Assembly (NCBI GenBank): GCA_951406725.2
Contig: OX597821.1
Coordinates: 186,001 to 250,000 of the forward strand
Source: Octopus vulgaris
Lineage: Eukaryota
DNA: 64,000 bases
Reading direction: 5' to 3'
Shown here: positions 53,135 through 64,000 of the stretch, piece by piece
Position numbering within the stretch: the stretch's first letter is position 1
How the letters are laid out: each line of letters opens with the position of its first letter
Position numbers and translations under genes: made by a program
The notes under the pieces: model-generated
Database searches by the model: none
What the model was told of the DNA's origin: nothing
What the model saw: the letters and a program-made list of their open reading frames with translations, nothing else

Positions 53135-53602
53135 CTTTGTGGTTTTAATTGCTTATTAATTATCATTCAGTTATATTCTTTGCCACCCACCCAGTCTATA
53201 TACATAAGAGTGGTTTTTTTTCTCTCTTTTGTGTATGTACTAAAATATGCACAACCCATGCATTTCTCTACCAGCCTGTTATTCCATCTATTTCATAGAA
53301 GCGGCTAAAATGGTAGACCGAAGCAATGTTTATACAAATGAAGGTGATAATTGTGCATTGCAAGCACCTGTAATCCTCCTGTGTTCTTTGGAATGTCTTC
53401 AGCAAATTTACACACTTCACTCATTCATTTTTGAATCTTTGAAATGATAAGCATCGGAAAAAATGACAACAATTTCTAAAATAATCTCTATTATTCGCCA
53501 CGAAAAAGCTCTAAAATTCATTACACAGTACTACAAGTGCAGTGGAAGCTAAAGTACTAACGCAGTTGGTCACCCTAAAATTTAATGACCGTTTCTGAGA
53601 GG

Positions 53603-53637
<35 letters not shown>

Positions 53638-55500
53638 GATAGATATATATACATATATATATGTTTATAAATAAATGACACAAAAAAGGGGGAAAAATAT
53701 TTGGAAAAAATATATAAATTAAATAAATAAAATAACTTTGAACACGTGTTCGATATGTATACAGCATTTTTCTTCTCTTCAATGTGACCTCGGTAGGCTT
53801 TTAACATTCTTTTGTTCAGTTCTTTTTATTATCATTATTTTTTTTTGGTTTTATTATTATTATTATAATTATTATTATTGTTTTTTGTTTTGTTTTCCTT
53901 TTTGGCCTTGGTGAGAAAGCATTCAGCGTTTGAATAGGAAGTAAACATCCTAAAAGATATCTTTAAAAATCTGCTTAGTAATTCTTGGTGAGCCGTATTT
54001 GTTGGCCTCCTGAAAAAGAATCAAATATTGAAAGCAATTAGTGACTGGAGAAATTGTTTAGTTTTTTTTTCTTTTCATTCATGCATATATATATATTTTT
54101 TTACATATATAGGTACTACATATTATAATTTGAATATTTATATATATATTTATTACACAACATACTATAGCATGCATTCTTTTTAAACATTGCAATACAA
54201 TAGTATCATAGATATTTATCTATTTTTATTTCATTTTTTTTAGTACATAATACAACAAATTTTACAATTTTTTTTAGGATATAAACATAATTTCTACAAG
54301 ATTTATTACATAAATGTGTTTTTTCTTATATATCGAAAGCTCATCAGATTATTAATAATTCCACCACCATCATCATCACCACCACCACTACTATTTTCCT
54401 CATTTTTTTTGTGTGGGTACAAGATTGTTTTCTTGCTCCACTGAAAGTCTATAAATATGTATATGATCAGAATAGTACATTAAATTTTACGAGTAAATGT
54501 TAATTTGTGACATTCATCTCTTTATAAATGAAAATGGGAATCTGTCTTTGATCATTATAGGACATAAAAGCCTGATCAATGTTGATCGAGATTTAGTGTC
54601 CTATTTCTGAGTTCACCTAAATGGCTGTAGTTCAGTATTTCAATTCATATTAATCATATCCCTATTAAAAAAAAAATTACAGTGTTTATTGATGCTCAAT
54701 TTTGGTTAAGCTTATTTAAAAGCAACCAACCTGAAACTGCTTCTGATTCTATGATCCAAAGTGATTTTGATTTTAAAAAATCTTCTGTTAAAATGTTAAA
54801 CTAATCTATGTTTCAAAAGTCAGCTTAACAATAACAAAATTATTTTAATAAATATTTTATTAATTTCAAAATTAATTGAAATTAATTGAAATATATAATT
54901 GTATATATTTTGACAGAAATCTAATAAGTTAGCCAGCCATGGCAAATGAGCCAATCTACTGTAAGATAACTGGGACTAAGGAACCTTGAGAGCTGGAAGT
55001 GGCCTGTAAACAGCATTAATATCTCTTCTTTTCGTAGTAAGCTGTCAATATCGTTAGTGTTGGGATGTGCCTTGCAATATTTGTTCTGGTTGTTCTGGTT
55101 CTTTGCATCTCAAGTTCAGATCTTGGTAGGTTCAATTTCCCCTTTCATTCTTCTGGGGTCAAGAAAATAAATTGTCTTTCAAATACTTGTGATGGGTTGG
55201 GTGTCAATACTTCTTTCTGTCTTTCTTTTAGAATTGGTTGCTCTTAATGAAGGGTCGTGAGGAACTTCTTATAGAATCTCTTTCTTCAGAAAAGAGAGAA
55301 AGGGTTGAGTGAGGGATTAGGAACCTCATAGAAAAGCTGATACACTACTGGAATTGTCCAAAGACTGAACAATGACATAGTGGATGGAATAAAAACAGGT
55401 AGAGGAAACAAAAGTTGTTTTCCACTGAAAACTTTGAATATTTCTTTTGAAAGAAAACTATTCAAAAATTTAAATATCACTTGTTCCACTGTCTTTTGTT

Positions 55501-55551
<51 letters not shown>

Positions 55552-55703
55552 TAGAGAGATAGAGAGAGATAAATAAATAAATAAATTGTTTAGTTATTCT
55601 TAAAGATTTTGTTGTTGGACCTTAGTGAAATGTTACCAGCACTTTTGAAACATTTCTCTAAAGTTTTCTGTGAAGCATTATTTTCTTTGAAACCAGATGC
55701 TTA

Positions 55704-55741
<38 letters not shown>

Positions 55742-57055
55742 GCACACACACACACAACTGGAAAATAGCTCATTCACAAAACAAATTGTTGGCTCAACTG
55801 CAAAACCAAGTGGCTCAACCATGAAACTGACGAGCAGCTCAATTACAAAACCAAGAAATGACTCAACTACAAAAAATCTTAAGTGACTCAGTCACAAAAC
55901 CCATAGACAATTTATTGACAGTTGTGTTGCAGAAGATAACAGCAAAGAAAAGTGCATGCAATACCTGGGAGAAGGTGCCAAGCAGCATTAACTAGGAGGT
56001 ATTTTCTCACCACCACAAGTAAAAACAATTTTTAATGCATTGCACCACCTGCAAGTACTTCCACCACAAAAAAGGACATCTGTCCCTTTCATCAACTTCA
56101 AATAGTGCACTTTAGAACTAGCTTCTTTCCTCACCAAAATTCATTAATCCTTCTTTCTCATTACAGTGACCTATTTCAAACTATAGAAACACACAATGGA
56201 GAGGTAATATTGCTGTAAATTTTCTCAGACTTTTGCTGGTGTGGTTTCATATCTTGTATATTTTATTCTTTTTCTTCTAAGTTAACATTTAAATTTCAGT
56301 CTTACTTGTATTAACGTTGTTTTCATTTTATTCACAAAATAAATTTACATAACTAGCAAATGTTGTCCTGCAATGGTTTATTAACAGCATCAATCAGCAC
56401 AATTATTCCACTAAATTCTTCATTATTTTCAAAATTATTTGCTGAAAGAAAACGGCAGTGTATTTCAACTGCAAAATGATAAATAGAAACAGGGTAACAA
56501 ATTTTTGTTATCATATTTCTGTTAAAATATGCTTATTCTGTTTAATTCAATTTTAAAAATAAAGAATTTAATTAAAAGAAAAAAAAAACTTTGCTAAGCT
56601 GCTGTTTGAAATTAACATGAAATTTTGATGAAAGACCAAAACAGGCTGTTTATATTCTGAGTCTGGAATCTTTCAGCTTTGACAAATTCACTGAAAGTAA
56701 TGTCATTGTCCTTTACAGCAACTGTCAACTGTGTTGGACAGGACAATCTTAATAACTTACAGCACTGTAGAGATTATTCAAAGAGATTTGGAAAATGTTA
56801 TTTCTCTCTAAATTGAGCCAGTAATTTTTTGGTTAAGAAAGCTGTTTTCTTTTTGTCATATGTATGTTTTGTCATGTTTCAACAAGGTATAATTACCTGT
56901 TTCTTTTTTTTTAAAAACATTTTTAGAAGATACCATGAACACATTTGATTTTCTTTATAGACGACTATTACAAGTTAAACACAGTTCTGCATACACACAA
57001 ATCTACATAAATATATACACAGATACAAGTACACGCATATAAACTCATACATATA

Positions 57056-57219
57056 CACTGTGTGTCAAATTATTAGGCAGCTCTGTTGTATCGAAATAAG
57101 TTCAAATTATTTTTTCACTGAATGATGTCAACAAGCAGTGGAAAAATATCTGGATTCGAATGAATAAATACTCTGTTATTGCAAAAAAACTGAGCTGCCT
57201 AATAATTTGACACTCAGTG
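57056..57219. mobile_element. Tc1/mariner-type MITE (164 bp)
   Basis: 28-bp TIRs CACTG(T/A)GTGTCAAATTATTAGGCAGCTC, with TA on the left flank. Confidence 0.8.
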
Positions 57220-57303
57220 TGTATAGATCCATACACATCATATACTATATATATATCATACATACATATACTATGTGTATATAAAACATACACACACACA
57301 TTT

Positions 57304-57337
<34 letters not shown>

Positions 57338-57339
57338 AT

Positions 57340-57730
57340 ACTCTTTTACTTGTTTCAGTCATTTGACTGTGGCCATGCTAGAGCACCGCCTTTAGTCAAG
57401 CAAATCGACCCGAGACTTATTCTTTGTAAGCCTAGTACTTATTTTATCAGTCTCTTTTGCCAAACCACTATTATGGGGGACATAAACACACCAGCATCGG
57501 TTGTCAAGCGATATTGGTGGGGGGGGACAAACACAGACACACAAACACACACATATACATATATACGATGGGCTTCTTTCAGTTTCCATCTACCAAATCC
57601 ACTCACAAGGCTTTAGTTAGCCCAAGACTATAGTAGAAGACACTTGCCCAAGGTGCCATGCAGTGAGACTTAACCCTGAACCATGTGGTTGGTAAGCAAG
57701 CCACTTACCACACAGCCACTCCTGCACCTA
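57340..57730 (-). mobile_element. SINE family A, full length
   Basis: Matches 18940-19338. Confidence 0.85.
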
Positions 57731-59169
57731 TATAGAATAAGTGTTTTACAAATCAATACCATCTTCTACATCTCACTGCAATCCATTCAATAGACTAGAT
57801 AACTTAGGTCATGAAACATAGTTTATCTTACTTTTATCAAAGATATTAGGGAATAAACAAACATAGTTGATTTTTGCTTCATGTACATTTTCATAAACTT
57901 AAGTCAGAGATGTCTCCTTAATATATTTATAAAAATGACCAGGAAATCAAAACTACCTACAGAGATTTTAAAACCAAGGATTAAACTCTTTTGGTTATTC
58001 TTAAGCCTGAAGGTATGTCTAATGAAGTTATGTACCTTTGTGCTGATTAAATTTTTGCAGGTGATATAACATGCTAATCATATGTAAATCACTTCTCACA
58101 GCCTCTTTTTATTAGCCAATGAAAATAAAATGTGCCTATGACATCATATGAAATTTGAAGAATTCCAGAAAGTACCTCCAATACAAAATAGGTTCCCCTG
58201 TCTCAGGTGCACATGCACAGAACTTAGTTCCTATTCAGTAAGGGTTAACAGAAGATGAAGATCACTTTACATTGATATTGGTGGGATAGATGCAAGAACA
58301 TGAAAGTCGTAGACCAACTAATGCGAATAGATGACCAAAATTTCTAGTGAAGGACTATGAAATAAATGCATCTTGGTTGCAGCTGCCTCATGAAGAGAAT
58401 TTAAAACTGTGTGTATGTGTTTATCCCTTCACCACTTAGCGTGCACTGTTGATTTATTTGTCTCCATAACTTAAGGAGTTTGGCAAAAGGGACTGATATC
58501 ATAAGAACCAGACTTTGAAATAAGTACTAATAATTATGATAATACCCCCCCCCTTCTCAATATAAGTACCCTTCAAGGTAGTGCCTGAGAATGGCTGCAG
58601 TCCAATGACTGATGAACAGTTTGTAGAATGCAACAACAGCTCAATCAGTAGCAAGCTCAAGATGCTGACAGTGGGGTTTCAAATCCAGATAACTACAAAA
58701 TGAACATCAGAGCCAATAATTTGCAAATAACCAATATCTATTATTGAAAATATAAGGTACATTTGGTTAACACTCCCCACCCCAAACTTTAACCCTCTTG
58801 ACTACTCACTCCCAGGGACATTTTAATTGGGGTCTAACAAAGTTGGTGAGAGTTTATGGTGATGGTGGTGAGAAACTGCAACTGTAGTGAAATGTCTGTA
58901 TTATTTCAGAATGAACTTAATAAAATATATTTCTTTTTTTGAGCTGAGGGTTGGGGTGGGAATATTGGCGAAAAAAACGGTTGGAAAGACAATCAAACAA
59001 GCCTTTTAAACACTGCACACAATAGAGAAAAAAACAAAACAGAAAATCACAGAAAAATATAAAGAAATGTGTGGGAAAAAATCACAAAAGTGTATCACAG
59101 AAACACAACATTTGAGATTGAAAAGAGAAAAGAAGTTGAAGATACCAACAGCAACAACAACATTTACAA

Positions 59170-59850
59170 CAACAAACAAGGACTCTACAACACTTGCATC
59201 CCATATACACAATTTAAAGAAAAATAATAAGAATTATTATCTAGAATGGTCCATTATCTCTAAAACCCCAAATTTCAAGGGAAATATTTACAGGTGTAAG
59301 CTGTGCATAAGGGAATCCCTTACCATCCTTAGGGGTTATGGACCGCACACTTTGAATAAATTTACTGATGTGATTCCCTTTTGCATCCATAAATTTTCTT
59401 CTACATTTTTAAAAGTATATAGAAATAAAATAAGTTGTAGAAAAGAAATAGTTTAGCTCTTACAGGGTTTGAAACCACGGAGGTTCAATTTAATTTAATT
59501 TAATACACCCATTTTTTTTTTTACTGCTTTATTTTTCTACTGCTTTATATATAATAATTTTTTTACTGTTTTGATTCTTTCTTCTGGGCTCGTCTGAGCA
59601 TGACTGCTTCAATAAGAAAACACACAATATTGTGTTCAGCCTGCTACGCGATGGTGTCTGTCTCTCTATTTTTCCCCTGATGAAGGAGTTATTAGCGTGA
59701 TGCACCCTAGTGCTTTAAACACAATAATATACCCCTGAAATGGCCATAGGGAATTTAGTAAACATGGTTTCCTCTTTTTAACTATAAGGCCTCTCTTATT
59801 CGATAAGTAATTTTATAAGATTTTCTAAACGATGAACCTTTATTTTATTT
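59170..59850 (+). mobile_element. Penelope-like 3' fragment (GIY-YIG C-terminus and terminus)
   Basis: STTLASHIHNLK...W...CKLCIRESLTIL...LNK...CIHK parallels the C-terminus of 43923-45086. Confidence 0.8.
59672..59753 (+). ncRNA. Type I hammerhead with a long stem II
   Basis: TTCCC-CTGATGA-AGG...CCT-GAAA-TGGCCA-TA-GGGAA. Confidence 0.8.
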
Positions 59851-60289
59851 TACATTGTATATTATATATTTTTATATGCTTCCTATATTTATATATTTTT
59901 CTATATATTTTTATATACCTATATATATATTACTTTATACTATATTTTTACGTTTTACCTTCTAGGTGTTGTAATGGTTTTTAAAAAAAAAAAAAAATAT
60001 TTTTCTTAATCGCTAAAGTATTAACTTTTAACCGTGATGAACTGTATTCACATATATTCACACATTTTTTCTCGCACTTTCTTGTACAGATGAATTATAT
60101 TCCATCTTCCGTGATGTTTAAATGTATATTCTATGATTAAATGTTCGAGTTATGAAATGTTATGTGGATGACCTTGCATTTGTTTGTCCTATAACTTTAG
60201 TTTGATATATATATATATATATTAAAATGCATATATATACACACATGTATACAAACATATATATATACATGCATATATAGATGCATGCA

Positions 60290-60595
60290 TTGCACAGCTC
60301 TCATGACTTTACAAAACATTTTTTCACGCTGAGAGTTGCTGAAGCATGGAACAAACTGCCGGCATCAGTTGTTAGTTGTCGGAGCACTGCATCCTACAAA
60401 ACTTCCATGCTTTCTGAAATTCGCCAACACTACACCTGATTTTCTCCCCTCCATACACACACAAGCATGCATCTAACTCATACATTGTTCGCTTTCCAGA
60501 CATTTGTACATTACTGCATATACTTTATACGCACTTTCTGACAAGTTGTGGTGCACCTGAGCACTGTATACAATAATTTCATTATTATTATTATT
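60290..60595 (+). mobile_element. CR1/L2-like LINE 3' end
   Basis: Encodes HFFTLRVAEAWNKLPASVV and ends in an (ATT)n tail. Confidence 0.7.
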
Positions 60596-60854
60596 ATATA
60601 TATATACACACGCACATATATATTTGCATATATATATATTCACATATATATACATGCGTATATATCCACACACATATATACATACACACATGCAAACACA
60701 TATATATGTATGTATATATTCTTGAATGTGGAGATACATATATTCACACCCATGCGTATTTGTATATGCATGTATATACATCTATATATATGGATATATG
60801 GATTTATATATGCTTGCATAGATATGCATCACACTAACATAAATAAACTTTCTG

Positions 60855-61025
60855 CTACCAACCGATGCTGGAGTGTTTATGTCTCTGTCACTTAGCGGTT
60901 TGGCAAAAGAGAATAAGTACTGGGCTTAAAAAGAATAAGTCCCTGGGTTGAGTTGCTCGATTAAAGGCAGTGCTCCAGCATGGCTGCAGTCAAATGACTG
61001 AAACAAGTAAAAGGGTAAAAGAGTA
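60855..61025 (+). mobile_element. SINE family A 3' part
   Basis: Matches the family A tail. Confidence 0.8.
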
Positions 61026-61247
61026 TTGTTTATGTTTTCATATATGTATGTATATATATATGTGTATGTATATATATGTATATATATATATGTATTAATA
61101 TGTATGTATATATATGTATATATGTATATGTATATATATGTATATATTTACTTGTGAGATTTTTGCTGCCCTGGTAACTATTTATTTATTTTTTCCGTGT
61201 TAATTGTTAACAAGGTAAAAATACACTCATCTATTTATATATATATG

Positions 61248-61278
<31 letters not shown>

Positions 61279-61456
61279 ATATATGTATATATATATGTAT
61301 ATATATATGTATATTTATTTGTATATATATAATGTATATATATATGTATATATATATTTATATATATATGTATATATATATTTATATATATATGTATATA
61401 TATATATGTAATTATATATATATGTATATATATGTATATATATATATATGTATATG

Positions 61457-61497
<41 letters not shown>

Positions 61498-61504
<7 letters not shown>

Positions 61505-61757
61505 TAAATGAAAGAATGGTGTCGAACGACGATTAAACAAAATTCCTTTATTCTCGACATATGTTTCGAAGACTGCATATTCTTAATCCCGAAGGAATAA
61601 AGGGTGCATTATGCCGTCTTCTCATCAGGAAAGACAAGACGGCATAATGCACCCTTTATTCCTTCGGAATTAAGAATATGCAGTCTTCGAAACATATGTC
61701 GAGAATAAAGGAATTTTGTTTAATCGTCGTTCGACACCATTCTTTCATTTATCTATA
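61498..61757. repeat. Near-perfect inverted repeat of about 120 bp with a 15-bp spacer
   Basis: 61498-61620 is the reverse complement of 61636-61757. Confidence 0.92.
61552..61632 (-). ncRNA. Type I hammerhead ribozyme
   Basis: TTTC-CTGATGA-GAAGAC...GTCTTC-GAAA-CATATG-TC-GAGA, with a GUC cleavage triplet. Confidence 0.8.
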
Positions 61758-61902
61758 GTAAAAAAACACACAAATTTCCACACAAAGCACGTGATTTCTG
61801 CCCTTGGCATGTAGCTTCAACCGTGTTTTTCTGACATGAATTTACTACCCAGGTATCGGTTAACCGAATTATCCATACTAGGATAATTCATTCAACTACT
61901 TA

Positions 61903-62001
<99 letters not shown>

Positions 62002-62081
62002 ATATTTTACTATAAAATTGGATTTAATCCTAAATCTGATTTTTCCCTGTAAATTTGGATTTATTCCCTAATATTTATTAT

Positions 62082-62151
<70 letters not shown>

Positions 62152-62152
62152 G

Positions 62153-62183
<31 letters not shown>

Positions 62184-62194
62184 GTATATATATG

Positions 62195-62232
<38 letters not shown>

Positions 62233-62276
62233 TGTATGTATATATATATATGTATATATATGTATGTATATATATA

Positions 62277-63340
62277 TATGTTCATAATGGCCCTCTCAGA
62301 CATGCCCTCAGCCACGCAGAGAGCCACGATCACAAGTTATGCAGATGATACAAAAGTTTCACAGGCAATACAGAACCCTGAGGACACTAAACGCCTGCAA
62401 TGTGAGCTGGACAAAATATACAAGTGGGCTGAAAAGAATAGCATGCAGTTCAATGCTGAAAAGTTTCAAGCTTTATACTATCAGCATGCAAAACTAAATG
62501 CAATACCCAATGAATACACTGGACCCGGAGGAATTGCAATCCCAGAGGCACAATCAGTGCATGACCTGGGTATTTACATGAGTGATGACGCAACCTTTCG
62601 TGTACATGTTGCTAAATTGGCAATGAAATGTAGACGACTGGCCGGATGGATTCTCAAAACCTTTAGAACAAGAGAACAAGAAACCATGATGGTCCTCTGG
62701 AGGACACTTGTCCTAAGCCACTTTGACTATTGCTTTCAGCTATGGTCACCATCCAGTGTCAAGTTGATCACAGAACTTGATGCGATCCAACGTAGCTACA
62801 CGAAGAAGATAGCCTCTGTGCAGAATATAAGCTACTGGAAAAGACTCAAGAGATTAAAACTCTATTCCTTGGAGCATAGGCGAGAAAGATATGCCATAAT
62901 ATACATCTGGAAGATCCTGGAGGGACTTATCCCAAACTTTGGCATCGAGAGTTACACAAATGCCAGAACTGGGCGCCACTGCGTGGTGCCTAGGACTCCA
63001 AATTTGCCATCAAGATGTAGGACAAGATACTATGATAGTTTGGGCTTCCGAGGCCCACAGCTCTTCAATATCCTCCCGAAGAACCTAAGAGACCTGCATG
63101 GGGTGGATGCAGATGTCTTTAAAATGAAACTGGATCTCTTCTTGTCAGGTGTCCCAGATGAACCAACTTCACGGCAGGAGGTGCAGATGAGGGCAGCTGC
63201 ATCGAACTCTCTCATGCACCAAATAGCAGTTGCTAAAAAGCATTCGTGAAGTAAAACCATGTAGCAACACCAAATGGCGGTGCCCCAGCATGGCCACAGC
63301 TCGTGAGCTGAAACTAGAATCAATCAATCAATCAATCAAT
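62277..63340 (+). mobile_element. CR1/L2-group LINE, 5'-truncated, ORF open to 63249, (TCAA)n tail
   Basis: Motifs YADDTK, W...[30 protein letters not shown]. The N-terminus of the listed ORF is microsatellite artefact. Confidence 0.9.
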
Positions 63341-63516
63341 CAATATATATATGTATATATATATGTATATATGTATATATATGTATATATATGTATATAT
63401 GTATATATATATGTTTTTATGTATATATGTATGTATATATATTTGTATATATATATGTATATATATATATGTATATGATTGATTGATTCTAGTTTCAGCT
63501 CATGAGTGGTGCGACG

Positions 63517-63548
<32 letters not shown>

Positions 63549-63797
63549 GTATATATATATATGTATATATATATATATGTGTATATGTATATATATGTGT
63601 GTATGTAGTATATATATATGTGTATATATACATATATATATGTGTAAATATACATATAGATATGTATATGTTATATATATATGTATATATATATATATGT
63701 ATATTTATATATATATGTATATATGTATATATATATATGTATATTTATATATATATGCATATATGTATATATATATGTATATATGTATGTATATATG

Positions 63798-63829
<32 letters not shown>

Positions 63830-64000
63830 CATGTATATATATGTATATATGTGTATATATGTATATATATGTATATATATGTATATATATACATGTATAT
63901 ATATGTATATATGTGTATATATGTATATATATGTATATATATGTATTAACATGTATATATGTATATATATGTATAATATATATATGTATATATATATATA

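Overview
This is AT-rich, microsatellite-dense animal DNA. It is most likely an octopus (coleoid cephalopod), inferred from the style of the C2H2 gene and the SINE families. The only clear host gene is a single-coding-exon, 20-finger C2H2 zinc-finger gene (15463-17235). The rest is mobile DNA: a young CsRn1-type Ty3/Gypsy LTR element (tRNA-Trp PBS, T TTA AAC -1 frameshift), a mariner, a Tx1/L1-like LINE, an RTE LINE with a PHD-like finger, CR1/L2-like fragments, several Penelope-like (GIY-YIG) elements, tRNA-derived SINEs, non-autonomous Helitrons and MITEs. The most striking unexplained signal is a set of about 14 type I hammerhead-ribozyme motifs from about 9 unrelated small repeat families. 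They lie in Penelope termini and in non-coding, retrozyme-like tandem or inverted units. Three of these families carry the compensatory U3-A8 core (UUGANAA). All folds and alignments were done by eye and coordinates of degenerate repeats are approximate.
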